From a virus, in IMG/VR virus record IMGVR_UViG_3300012346_000182, positions 1-29,496 of that record: a stretch of DNA of 29,496 nucleotides; one strand, 5' to 3'. Each line of letters opens with the position of its first letter. Position 1 is the first letter of the stretch. This document shows positions 8,258-16,692 of the stretch, in pieces. A program made the position numbers and the translations under genes. Below the pieces are notes generated by a model. That model did no database searches, was not told where the DNA came from, and worked only from the letters and a program-made list of their open reading frames with translations.

Positions 8258-9817
8258 ATGGCTACACAAAAGACAGTTGTTGAAATTGATATACAAGGAA
8301 CGGAACGCGTTGAATCGATGCGCACTCAAATGCGTAGATTACGCGAAGAGTTAGCGCGTTTACCTGAAGGCACAGCCGAATTTAATAAGGTACAAAGACA
8401 ACTTGGGGAACTAAATGACAAAATGGGTGACTTGAATAAGTCGGTCAATACGTTAGCAGGTGATCCGTTGGAACGTTTGAACAACTCCTTCGGGATGATT
8501 GGGTCGTCTATTCTTTCTTTGGATTTTGGTGCGGCTCAAACAGGCTTACAAGGAGTAACATCAGCCATTAAAGATTTCAAATTTGGAGACCTATCGAATG
8601 CGGCAAAAGGCTTTGGTAAAACAATGCTCGATTTGGGTAAGGCTTTACTTACAAATCCTATCTTTTTAATTGGTGGAATCATTGCTTTAATAGTTGCCAA
8701 CTTTGAGGAACTCACAAAAGCAGGTGGATTAGTTGGTAGAATGTTTGGTTTTCTTAAAGAAACCATTGATTCACTTACGCAAGGATTAGTTGACTTTATG
8801 GACTGGATAGGTCTTACCGATTCCAAAGCCGAAGAACGTGCCGAGAATGAAAAGAAAAGAGCGGAAGAAGCGAAGAAGTTAGAGGATGAAAAGGTAAAGA
8901 AGCAGAAAGAAGCCGAAGAACAAAAGGAAAAGTTAGCGAAAGCCGCAGCCGAAAAAGAAGCGGCAAGAATGCAGAAAATTCGTGATGACCAAAAGGCATT
9001 AACTGACTTTCTCAAGGCTGAAAATGAGAAACGATATCAAAATACTTTATCTGCTAAAGACAAAGAACTTCGTCAACTACAATTAGAATACGACCAAAAG
9101 AAAAAACTTGCACACGGTAATACTGAATTATTAAATCAATTAGATAGTTCTTATTTTGCTGAAAGTATAAGAATTGAATCGAAATATTCTACTGCATCAA
9201 AAGATATTAAAACAGCAAATGCAAATGAAAGTAAAAAATTAAAGTCGGATGGCTTAAGAACTACTATTCAATTTGCAACTGATGAAGAACTTGTTGAACA
9301 AGAATCAGCGCAAACACGCGAAGAAAACTTAAGGAATCTATACGAGAATAGATTTAAGTTAGCAGAGGCTTCTATCAATGGTTTGATGGGATTAAACGAT
9401 GCATTAACTGCTGCAGGTGTATTAAATGCCAAACAATCATTTAAAGTAAACAAGGCTTTGCAATTAGCACAAGCTGGAATCGGTGCGATACAAGCGGTAC
9501 AAGTAGCACTTGCCGACCCAACTTTAGTAGGCCCATCGCGTTACATTGCTGCGGCTGCGGCAGGTATTGCAGGTGTGGCGAATGTCGCAAAGATTGCTGC
9601 GATGAAATTTGACGGAGGAACTCCACCATCTACAACACCACCTGACCTTAATGTAAATGGCGGTGGTGGGGGTGGTGCGCCTGCGGTGGATTTATCTTTC
9701 TTGAATCAAGGTAGTAATAAAGCACAACCTATCCAAACCTACGTATTAGCAACGAATGTTAGTTCGGCACAAGAAGCAGAACAAAAAATAAAAGACCAAT
9801 CAAAAATCATAAAATAA
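8258..9817 (+). CDS. Tape measure-like protein (519 aa)
   Basis: Has an N-terminal coiled coil, the hydrophobic segments PIFLIGGIIALIVANF and AGIGAIQAVQVALADP...AAAAAGIAGVANVAKIAA, a K/E-rich coiled coil, and a GGGGGG run. Confidence 0.5.
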   Translation: MATQKTVVEIDIQGTERVESMRTQMRRLREELARLPEGTAEFNKVQRQLGELNDKMGDLNKSVNTLAGDPLERLNNSFGMIGSSILSLDFGAAQTGLQGVTSAIKDFKFGDLSNAAKGFGKTMLDLGKALLTNPIFLIGGIIALIVANFEELTKAGGLVGRMFGFLKETIDSLTQGLVDFMDWIGLTDSKAEERAENEKKRAEEAKKLEDEKVKKQKEAEEQKEKLAKAAAEKEAARMQKIRDDQKALTDFLKAENEKRYQNTLSAKDKELRQLQLEYDQKKKLAHGNTELLNQLDSSYFAESIRIESKYSTASKDIKTANANESKKLKSDGLRTTIQFATDEELVEQESAQTREENLRNLYENRFKLAEASINGLMGLNDALTAAGVLNAKQSFKVNKALQLAQAGIGAIQAVQVALADPTLVGPSRYIAAAAAGIAGVANVAKIAAMKFDGGTPPSTTPPDLNVNGGGGGGAPAVDLSFLNQGSNKAQPIQTYVLATNVSSAQEAEQKIKDQSKIIK

Positions 9818-10404
9818 TGGAAGAAGTAAAAGTTATAGAATACACTATTGACGATAGTGGTTATCTTGGAGTAAATGCAATCTCATTAGTTGAGAATCCT
9901 GCAATCGAAGTTGACTTTGTAGCATTGTCAAAAACGCAAATTAAACAAGCGGCAATCGAAGAGGGTGAACGCAAAATGTTGTATGGTGCGGTGATGATTC
10001 CCGACCAACTTATCTACCGCGTTAATGGTGCTGGTGAGGCTTACTATTGCAAATACTCAAAGGACACAATCAACAAGATAGCGCAAGAATATTTAAAGCG
10101 TAATATGCACCACAATAGCAACCTTGAGCACCAAGTGCCAGTTGCAGGTTGTGTTGTAGTTGAATCGTGGATCAAAGAAGGCGAACACGACAAAAGCCAA
10201 AACTTTGGATTTAGCTTTCCAGATGGTACTTGGTGTATTGGAATGAAAGTAGATAATGATGAAGTGTGGAGTGACATCAAACAAGGTAGTGTTAAAGGGT
10301 TTTCGCTTGAAGGTTTCTTTACTGAGATGAGTGAGGAATATTTAGCAGAACAAGAAATCGAAAAGATAATGAAGGCATTAGCCGATGAATTGAGCGCGTT
10401 GTAA
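9817..10404 (+). CDS. XkdF-like prohead protease candidate (195 aa)
   Basis: The N-terminal ...GVNAISLVENPAIEVDFVALSK resembles the ISLVd.PA motif of the XkdF-type phage protease family. It sits directly before the scaffold and capsid genes. Confidence 0.5.
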   Translation: MEEVKVIEYTIDDSGYLGVNAISLVENPAIEVDFVALSKTQIKQAAIEEGERKMLYGAVMIPDQLIYRVNGAGEAYYCKYSKDTINKIAQEYLKRNMHHNSNLEHQVPVAGCVVVESWIKEGEHDKSQNFGFSFPDGTWCIGMKVDNDEVWSDIKQGSVKGFSLEGFFTEMSEEYLAEQEIEKIMKALADELSAL

Positions 10405-10446
10405 TAGATTACACCCGTGCAGGTGTATTGTTTACCCGACAAACAA

Positions 10447-10478
10447 AGAACCCCCTACGTTTAGGGGGTTTCTTCGTT
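10447..10478 (+). terminator. Rho-independent terminator-like hairpin after the protease gene
   Basis: The aagaaCCCCCta / taGGGGGtttct stem has a 4-nt loop (cgtt) and is followed by a T-rich ttcttcgtt. Confidence 0.5.
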
Positions 10479-10586
10479 GAACTTAAAAACAATTAGAAAT
10501 GAACAAACATTACCCGAATGGGATGACACAAAAGTAAAAACAAATTAGAGTTTATGCGTCTATTAATCAAAGTAATTATCAACACA

Positions 10587-11186
10587 ATGAGTAAAGTAAA
10601 CGAAATCGTTTCCAAGTACGCAGAGAAATTGAAATCCTTCGGGGTTAGTTTGTCAGCAGTTGAGGAAGCGGTAGAGCAAAAACAAATGGCTATGGCTGTA
10701 CTCGCTGATGGTACTGAAGTCTATTCCCCTGATGCTGAATTTGGTATTGGTTCGGAGTTGTTCGTTATGGATGCAGAAGGTAACCCTACACCTGCTCCCG
10801 ATGGAGAACACGAAACCGCTGAAGGAAAAATCTTGGTTGTAGTAGAAGGCAAAATCAGCGAAGTAAAAGAAAAGCCTATGGAAGAAGAACCAAAGGTTGA
10901 AGTTGAAATCGAAGAAGTTGAGCAATCATCTTTCGATGGAGTTTCAAGAGAAGAGTTCGAGAACACTATTAACAAATTGATTGAAGGCTTTGAGGCTAAA
11001 ATCAATGAGTTAAATGCTGAAAAGCAAAATCTATCTGCAACTATTGAGAAGATGTCTAAAGCACCTGCTACCGAGTCGGTGAAAAAGGTTTCTCCAGTTG
11101 CACAAAAACAAAGCGCAGAACCTACACCATTCAAAGCAATGGATTCAAGAAGTCGCGCATATCAAATCATAAATTCTAAAAAATAA
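10587..11186 (+). CDS. Scaffolding protein candidate (199 aa)
   Basis: The internal ATG at 10587 (MSKVNEIV...) is preferred to the track start at 10554. Very acidic, with an E/K-rich coiled coil, immediately upstream of the capsid gene. Confidence 0.5.
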   Translation: MSKVNEIVSKYAEKLKSFGVSLSAVEEAVEQKQMAMAVLADGTEVYSPDAEFGIGSELFVMDAEGNPTPAPDGEHETAEGKILVVVEGKISEVKEKPMEEEPKVEVEIEEVEQSSFDGVSREEFENTINKLIEGFEAKINELNAEKQNLSATIEKMSKAPATESVKKVSPVAQKQSAEPTPFKAMDSRSRAYQIINSKK

Positions 11187-11190
11187 AAAA

Positions 11191-12096
11191 ATGGCTATTA
11201 CTATTACAAGTACATACGCAGGTGAATTAGCATTACCATACATTCACGCTGCTTTATTGAGTGGTGACACTTTGGCGAAAGGTTACGTTACATTGAAAGA
11301 AGGTGTTAAATACAAGGCAGTATTGAAAAAATTGGCTTCTGCTAATTTGGTTCAAGAATTTACTTGCGATTTCGCTGATCCTACTGATTTGACTTTGACT
11401 GAATCAATTTTGACTGTAACTGATTTGAAAGTTAATTTGGAAGTTTGTAAATCAGAGTTTGCAAAAGATTGGGAAGCAATGGCTACAGGTCGCGGATTCG
11501 CTAACGATGTAGTTCCTGCTAACTTCCAAGATTTCTTAATTGGTTATGCTGCTGCTAACGTTGCTCAAAACATTGAATTTACAATCTGGCAAGGTGACAC
11601 CGCTACAGGTTCTTATCAAGCATTTGATGGTCTTGAAAAGAAAATCAGAGCCGCTTCAACTTTGGAAGCAGATTGGACTACAATGGATAAAACAACTGTT
11701 ATTGCTAATATCCAAGAAGTTTTAGCTTTGTTGCCTGCTGCCTTGATTGGTGACCCAATGGTTAAAGTTTATATTAACCGCGCAACTGCACAACTTTACA
11801 AGCAAGCTATTGCTGCTGAAGGTTACGCATTCGAATACAACGCGTTCAAGGAGTTCAATATGCAAGTTGATGGATATGACATTTATGTATGTCCAGGTAT
11901 CAGCAACGGAACTGTAATTGTTTCTCGTCCTGACAACTTGTTTGTTGGTGTTGATGCCAACAGCGACTTCGCTGAAGTTAAGGTTGTAGATATGTCTATG
12001 ACTGATGCATCTGACTTGGTTCGTATGGCTATGAAGTTCCGTGTTGGAACTGCTGTAGGTTTCGGTTCTGATGTTGCTATCGGTTACATTGACTAA
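11191..12096 (+). CDS. Major capsid protein candidate (301 aa)
   Basis: Position after the protease and scaffold. Codon usage looks like a highly expressed gene (Ala/Val/Thr/Gly-rich). A strong terminator follows directly. Confidence 0.6.
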   Translation: MAITITSTYAGELALPYIHAALLSGDTLAKGYVTLKEGVKYKAVLKKLASANLVQEFTCDFADPTDLTLTESILTVTDLKVNLEVCKSEFAKDWEAMATGRGFANDVVPANFQDFLIGYAAANVAQNIEFTIWQGDTATGSYQAFDGLEKKIRAASTLEADWTTMDKTTVIANIQEVLALLPAALIGDPMVKVYINRATAQLYKQAIAAEGYAFEYNAFKEFNMQVDGYDIYVCPGISNGTVIVSRPDNLFVGVDANSDFAEVKVVDMSMTDASDLVRMAMKFRVGTAVGFGSDVAIGYID

Positions 12097-12111
12097 TAAA
12101 AAACACAAGTA

Positions 12112-12145
12112 AAAAGGTGGGGGAATAAGTCCCCTGCCTTTTATT
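12112..12145 (+). terminator. Rho-independent terminator after the capsid gene
   Basis: A 12-bp stem aaaaggtggggg / cccctgcctttt (two G-U pairs) has a 7-nt loop aataagt. The A-tract/T-tract arms make it potentially bidirectional. Confidence 0.65.
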
Positions 12146-12175
12146 GTAAATAATAACAACTAAAAAATTAAGCCT

Positions 12176-12727
12176 ATGTGTCCTCCTTGTGAGCTCAGCA
12201 GCGGATTTGCACTTGACTGCAAAGAAGGGATTGGTGGTATTAAAGCCATCTTCTTGCAACAATTAGCAGATTTCCAAACAGGAGTTGTGATAAATGGTAC
12301 AAGTGAAGAAGTAGAAGAATTACCTACTGCATCAATTTACCAATACACACTTCCAAAACATACTGGTTCTTTTACTGAAGAAGTTGCTTCTTCTGTTGAA
12401 AATGGAACTATTTATTATACACAAACGGTTAATGCAACTTTCTTTAAGTTGACAGCACCACGCAGAAAACAACTTGAATTGATTGCTAAAAATCGTCTTG
12501 TTGTATTTGTACAAGATAACAACGACAATATCTGGATGGTTGGTAAGATTGATGGCGCAGAAGTAACTGCTATGTCAACTGCTACAGGAACTGCTAAAGG
12601 TGATTTAAATGGTACGACAATTACCTTCACTGCAGAAGAAGCCCATAAGGCTTACCGATTGGAGTCTTATGGTACAACTCCATTTGATAACTTCCCTGAT
12701 ATCACCGTTGTAGCACCTACAATTTAA
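12176..12727 (+). CDS. Major tail tube protein candidate (183 aa)
   Basis: Size and pattern (GGIKAIFL..., ...GTIYYTQTVNATFFKL..., ...VFVQDNNDNIWMVGKIDGAEV..., TGTAKGDLNGTTITF) resemble siphovirus tail tube families. Recognised by eye only. Confidence 0.55.
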   Translation: MCPPCELSSGFALDCKEGIGGIKAIFLQQLADFQTGVVINGTSEEVEELPTASIYQYTLPKHTGSFTEEVASSVENGTIYYTQTVNATFFKLTAPRRKQLELIAKNRLVVFVQDNNDNIWMVGKIDGAEVTAMSTATGTAKGDLNGTTITFTAEEAHKAYRLESYGTTPFDNFPDITVVAPTI

Positions 12728-12737
12728 TTTATATTTG
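12707..12737 (+). promoter_or_regulatory. Bacteroidota-type promoter candidate (GTTG-N19-TATATTTG)
   Basis: GTTG at 12707-12710, a 19-nt spacer, and TATATTTG at 12730-12737, 9 nt upstream of ATG 12746. Confidence 0.4.
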
Positions 12738-12745
12738 TTTAAAGG

Positions 12746-13153
12746 ATGAATTACCTTCAAACGAATACCGCATCGCAGACCCTTCTCCTTTCTCTAAAGG
12801 AGGGGGTTTTGCTTTTTGATACAACGTATACGAATTACTTACTTGTAATTCAAAACGAAATTACATTAGAAACTTACTATGTTATCCCCACTCAAATCAG
12901 CGAGAACGATAGGGTCACGACTTTGGCAATTAGTACAAATGACGATAATCCAACTAATGGTTCTATCTATGTTGTTAATGGTGGGCGTTATAACTTCATT
13001 ATATACGGTCAAAATTCAGATACTAATCTTGACCCACAAAACGCGGTTGTGGTTGGTGAGATTAAAAGAGGTTTTATTCAAATGGAAACATTGATAAACT
13101 ATTATGACCAACCAAACATAATTATTCCAAGCGACATCGAATACAATGGATAA
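12746..13153 (+). CDS. Hypothetical virion-module protein (135 aa)
   Basis: ORF between the tail tube and portal genes. Overlaps the portal start by 8 nt. Confidence 0.6.
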   Translation: MNYLQTNTASQTLLLSLKEGVLLFDTTYTNYLLVIQNEITLETYYVIPTQISENDRVTTLAISTNDDNPTNGSIYVVNGGRYNFIIYGQNSDTNLDPQNAVVVGEIKRGFIQMETLINYYDQPNIIIPSDIEYNG

Positions 13154-15161
13154 AACAAAATCAATCGTTGATAGGTTCAGTGCTACGCAAGTAGAATTAG
13201 CCAAGTACGTTAAAATCGAACCTATCGAATTTGAAGATAGGAAAGGTTGGGTGGCTTATGGTGAAGGAAACCATTTCCCTCAATACTTGATTGAACTATA
13301 TAACACTTCGCCTGTTCACGGTGCGTTGGTTAACTCAATCAGTTTTATGATTGCAGGAAAAGAATTTACCGCAGCATCACAAGTGACCTTACGCGAGATT
13401 CAACGATTGAAGTTAGATAAGGTCTTGCATTCAACTGCACTTGATTTAAAGTTACACGGAGGCTTTTATTGGGAAGTAATTTGGTCAATGGATAGAAGCA
13501 CCATTGCTCAAATCAATCACTTGCCATACGAGAATTGTCGTTTGGCTTGTTCCGATGATAACGATGATGTGACTGGTGTTTGGTATTCACGCGATTGGTC
13601 GGATACACGTAAGAAGAAAAACAATCCCCACTATATACCTTTCTTTGACATAAATACCAAAGAGGAAAACCCGAAACAAGTGATGTTCCAACATTCGATG
13701 ATGGTAGGTAGTGAGTATTACCCGAAGCCTGACTACATCGGTGCTATAAATGAGATTGAGAAATTAAGACAATTAAGCGAATACCAAGTAAACTTAATTC
13801 TAAATGGTTTTTTCCCATCACTTATTGCATCATTTAACAACGGAATTCCTACGTTAGAAGAGCAACGAATGATTAAAAATCAGTTGCAGCAATCCATTCA
13901 AGGTGCTGAAAACGCAGGAAAGGTATTGACATTCTTTAATGAAGAACGTGACCGAGGTGTTGAATTCACTGCGTTTCCAGTATCGGATATGGATAAACAA
14001 TTTGAGTCACTTGTTAATCCTGCTATTGAGCAAATATTAGTAAGTCACCGCGTTACTTCACCACTTCTTTTTGGAGTTCGTGATGGTGGCGGTTTAGGTA
14101 GCAACACTGATGAAATGAAGATAGCCTTTAGGTTGTTTTCAAAGCAAGTAATCGATCCATTCCAACGCATTATTTGTGATGGAGTAGATATGTTATTACG
14201 TGCTATCGGAGTTCCACAAGGTGCTGAAATTGTAGAGAATGATTTGTTCGAAGAAGATGTTGTTGTAAATGGCAACACAACTACTGCAGATGTAGCAAGT
14301 CAAGCCTTAAATGGTGCGCAAATTGCTTCATTACTTGAGATTATTACGCAAACTACTGCGAATGTTTTGAGCATTACAAGTGCCAAAGCATTAACAAAAG
14401 CGGCATTTCCTGCACTATCGGATGTTGAAATAAATTCAATTTTTGACAACTTAAGTAGTGTTGAATTACAACCTGCGGATGTCTTGCAATCATCCGAAAA
14501 AAAAAAAGTTAAGCACGAACACCAAGCAGTTTCTAAAGTCTGCTGTTCATCAAACGATGATTTCACGGATGAAGAAGGAAAGCAATTCCTAAAGCACCTT
14601 GCCGAATGCGGTGAGTTGATTGATTTAGACGAATGGGAACTTGTTGAAGAATGTGAGGTTGACAATTATGACAACGAAGAACAATTCACCAAAGTAAACC
14701 AAGCACTTGAATCATATGCTGATCCTGATAAGAAAAGTAAACTTGATGCAGGACTTTACAAGGTTCGTTATCGTTACTCAACTTGGATAAGTGAAAATTC
14801 ACGCGAGTTTTGTCGTGAAATGGTACGACTTTCGAAGGGTGGAATTGTTTGGAGATACGAGGATATTCAGGAAATGAGTTCCGCAGGTGTTAACGGACAA
14901 TTTGCTGAACAAGGTAAAACCACCTACAATATATTCCGTTACAAAGGCGGTGTTAATTGTCATCATTTTTGGATGCGTGCAATTTATAAGAGAAAGAGAC
15001 AAGGAGGTAAATTCTTACCTAATGAAGGAATGGAAAACGAGGTAAAGATAGCGGTTAGAAAAGCGGAAAAAGAAGGATTCTCACCAATGGATAGAACCGT
15101 TGGTTATGATGATGCAAAAACACCGATGATTAAACGACCAAACGGAGGAAGATTAAACTAA
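13146..15161 (+). CDS. Portal protein fused to a MuF / SPP1 gp7-like minor head domain (671 aa)
   Basis: The N-terminal ~450 aa (GWVAYGEGNHFPQYLIELYNTSPVHGALVNSISFMIAGKEF...) are portal-like in size and context. The C-terminal ~200 aa contain ...NSREFCREMV...YKGGVNCHHFW..., resembling the C....HpNCRC signature of Mu F/gp7 proteins. Confidence 0.6.
   Translation: MDKTKSIVDRFSATQVELAKYVKIEPIEFEDRKGWVAYGEGNHFPQYLIELYNTSPVHGALVNSISFMIAGKEFTAASQVTLREIQRLKLDKVLHSTALDLKLHGGFYWEVIWSMDRSTIAQINHLPYENCRLACSDDNDDVTGVWYSRDWSDTRKKKNNPHYIPFFDINTKEENPKQVMFQHSMMVGSEYYPKPDYIGAINEIEKLRQLSEYQVNLILNGFFPSLIASFNNGIPTLEEQRMIKNQLQQSIQGAENAGKVLTFFNEERDRGVEFTAFPVSDMDKQFESLVNPAIEQILVSHRVTSPLLFGVRDGGGLGSNTDEMKIAFRLFSKQVIDPFQRIICDGVDMLLRAIGVPQGAEIVENDLFEEDVVVNGNTTTADVASQALNGAQIASLLEIITQTTANVLSITSAKALTKAAFPALSDVEINSIFDNLSSVELQPADVLQSSEKKKVKHEHQAVSKVCCSSNDDFTDEEGKQFLKHLAECGELIDLDEWELVEECEVDNYDNEEQFTKVNQALESYADPDKKSKLDAGLYKVRYRYSTWISENSREFCREMVRLSKGGIVWRYEDIQEMSSAGVNGQFAEQGKTTYNIFRYKGGVNCHHFWMRAIYKRKRQGGKFLPNEGMENEVKIAVRKAEKEGFSPMDRTVGYDDAKTPMIKRPNGGRLN
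14497..14507 (+). repeat. A11 homopolymer at the portal / MuF-like domain boundary
   Basis: Zero-frame codons are GAA AAA AAA AAA GTT. The -1 frame reads AGT TAA (stop at 14510-14512). Confidence 0.9.
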
Positions 15162-15175
15162 AAAAATTGTAAAAT

Positions 15176-15751
15176 ATGGCAATCCCACAAGAAATACTTT
15201 TGATAAATGAGGAACTTTTAAAGAAGTACACTCCGTTAACTGATGCAGTTGATCCGAATCTTATTCGTCCGTGTATTTACGTGGCGCAGGATATGTATCT
15301 ACAAAACTTTTTAGGTACTAATTTGACCAATAAATTGAAGGATGATGTAACGCATAACACACTTGCTGACCAGTACGAAACATTGTTAAATGAATATGTA
15401 ATTAAGTTGCTTATTTGGTGGGTTATGGTTGAACTTTACCCATCGTTATTGTATAAGCACGATAACGGAAACTTGGTAAGTAGACAAAGCGAAGATACTA
15501 CACCTGTAACTAAAGGCGAGATGGAATCGTTAAAGGAGAAAGCGCGTGAGAATGCACGTTTCTACACCAAGCGAATGGTTGATTATTTGCGTTTTAATAC
15601 AAATCTTTTCCCCGAATATACCAACAATACGGACAATAATATCTTTCCTGATATGAATCCGTACGGAAAGAGTAACTTTTTGGTTTCTGATAGTTATAAA
15701 ACACAACGACACAAATGGTCAATTCAAAACTTCCTACCACCTACGTACTAA
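15176..15751 (+). CDS. Head-tail connector/adaptor-like protein (weak; 191 aa)
   Basis: Position after the portal. The N-terminal ...LIRPCIYVAQDMYLQNFLGTNL... resembles gp6-type adaptor families. By eye only. Confidence 0.4.
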   Translation: MAIPQEILLINEELLKKYTPLTDAVDPNLIRPCIYVAQDMYLQNFLGTNLTNKLKDDVTHNTLADQYETLLNEYVIKLLIWWVMVELYPSLLYKHDNGNLVSRQSEDTTPVTKGEMESLKEKARENARFYTKRMVDYLRFNTNLFPEYTNNTDNNIFPDMNPYGKSNFLVSDSYKTQRHKWSIQNFLPPTY

Positions 15752-15830
15752 AGCGAGAGCAGTACGAAAAGATGCTAAAGGTTTATCTTAAAAAACAACA
15801 AGCTAAAATTAAAAAGAGTTGAAAGAGTTG

Positions 15831-16244
15831 ATGTTTTTGAAAGGTAAGATTTGGTTTTTAGCAGGTCTTGCGGTATTCCTACCAATTAAGGAACTGATGT
15901 TAACCATTGGTTTCCTTGTTGGTGCGGATATGATAGTTGGCATATGGAAGGCTTTAAAACTAAAGCAAAGAATTAGGTCACGCAGGATGTCCGATACTAT
16001 CACGAAATTGTTGTTGTATCAAATTGCAATAATGAGCGGGTTCCTTATCGAATCTTTTATCATTAGTGAACTTATACCAATTACAAAATTGGTTGCAACC
16101 GTTGTAGCTGTAATCGAGTTCAAGTCAATCATTGAATCGATTGAGTCAGTTACCGGTAAAGACCTTTGGAGTAAGATTAAGACAATTATAGGTAGAAAAA
16201 GTGAAGACATAACTGATGCGATGACCGATGGAAAAGATAAGTAA
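15831..16244 (+). CDS. Holin candidate (137 aa; 3-4 TM segments)
   Basis: ATG 15831 is preferred to the TTG at 15819. Hydrophobic segments are IWFLAGLAVFLPI, LTIGFLVGADMIVGIW, LLLYQIAIMSGFLIESFII and LVATVVAVIEF. It overlaps the endolysin start. Resembles the holin 4_1 family. Confidence 0.6.
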   Translation: MFLKGKIWFLAGLAVFLPIKELMLTIGFLVGADMIVGIWKALKLKQRIRSRRMSDTITKLLLYQIAIMSGFLIESFIISELIPITKLVATVVAVIEFKSIIESIESVTGKDLWSKIKTIIGRKSEDITDAMTDGKDK

Positions 16245-16689
16245 ATATGTGACCTATAAAGAAGTCACAAAAAGCAATCAGGCAACTGCGTTAAAGTTGG
16301 CTAACATTCCAAACTCGGAACAATTAAATAACTTACGTTTGGTATGTACTAAAATATTTGATCCACTACGCGAACACTTCGGAATACCTATCGGTATAAG
16401 TAGCGGGTTTAGGTCGGTTGAACTAAATAGCAAAATCGGTGGTAGTAAATCATCACAACATTGTCAAGGCAAAGCCTTGGATATTGATGGAGATATCTTT
16501 GGTGGTATAAGTAACAAATTAATTTTTGAATATATAAGAAAAAGTTGTACTTTCGACCAACTCATTTGGGAGTTTGGAAGTGAGAATCATCCCGACTGGG
16601 TTCACGTAAGTTACAACGAGGGAAAGAACAGAGGTCAAGTTTTACGTGCGGTTAAAATTGGCGGAAAAACTGTTTACCAACCCTTCTAA
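16228..16689 (+). CDS. Endolysin, peptidase M15 (D-Ala-D-Ala carboxypeptidase-like) family
   Basis: Zn-ligand motifs SSQHCQGKALDID (H..G.A.D) and HPDWVHVSY. It is next to the holin. Confidence 0.8.
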   Translation: MEKISKYVTYKEVTKSNQATALKLANIPNSEQLNNLRLVCTKIFDPLREHFGIPIGISSGFRSVELNSKIGGSKSSQHCQGKALDIDGDIFGGISNKLIFEYIRKSCTFDQLIWEFGSENHPDWVHVSYNEGKNRGQVLRAVKIGGKTVYQPF

Positions 16690-16692
16690 AAT

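Noticed and set aside
8536-9015. 159-aa ORF on the minus strand, antisense to the tape-measure-like gene
   Set aside because: It mirrors the K/E-rich GAA/AAG repeat region of the + strand gene. It translates to low-complexity S/F/A-rich sequence and lies against the direction of the whole operon. This is a typical antisense shadow ORF.
10526-10540. Shared motif ACACAA(AA)GTAAAAA upstream of the scaffold gene (10526-10540) and next to the capsid terminator (12103-12115), and AACAAC..CTAAAAnTTAA in two intergenic regions, as possible late (phage sigma) promoters
   Set aside because: There are only two copies each, and the sequence is A-rich and low-complexity. One copy forms part of a terminator stem. 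Spacing to the downstream starts is inconsistent. This is not enough to call a motif without TSS data.
10044-12159. Several 60-145-aa minus-strand ORFs (10044..10442, 10653..10925, 10721..11134, 11722..12159) opposite the protease, scaffold and capsid genes
   Set aside because: All are antisense to long, well-supported + strand genes. They have odd composition and lack coupling or promoter motifs. The same reasoning applies to 14300..14665, 16686..17003, 16933..17235, 926..1153 and the other short antisense or alternative-frame track ORFs.
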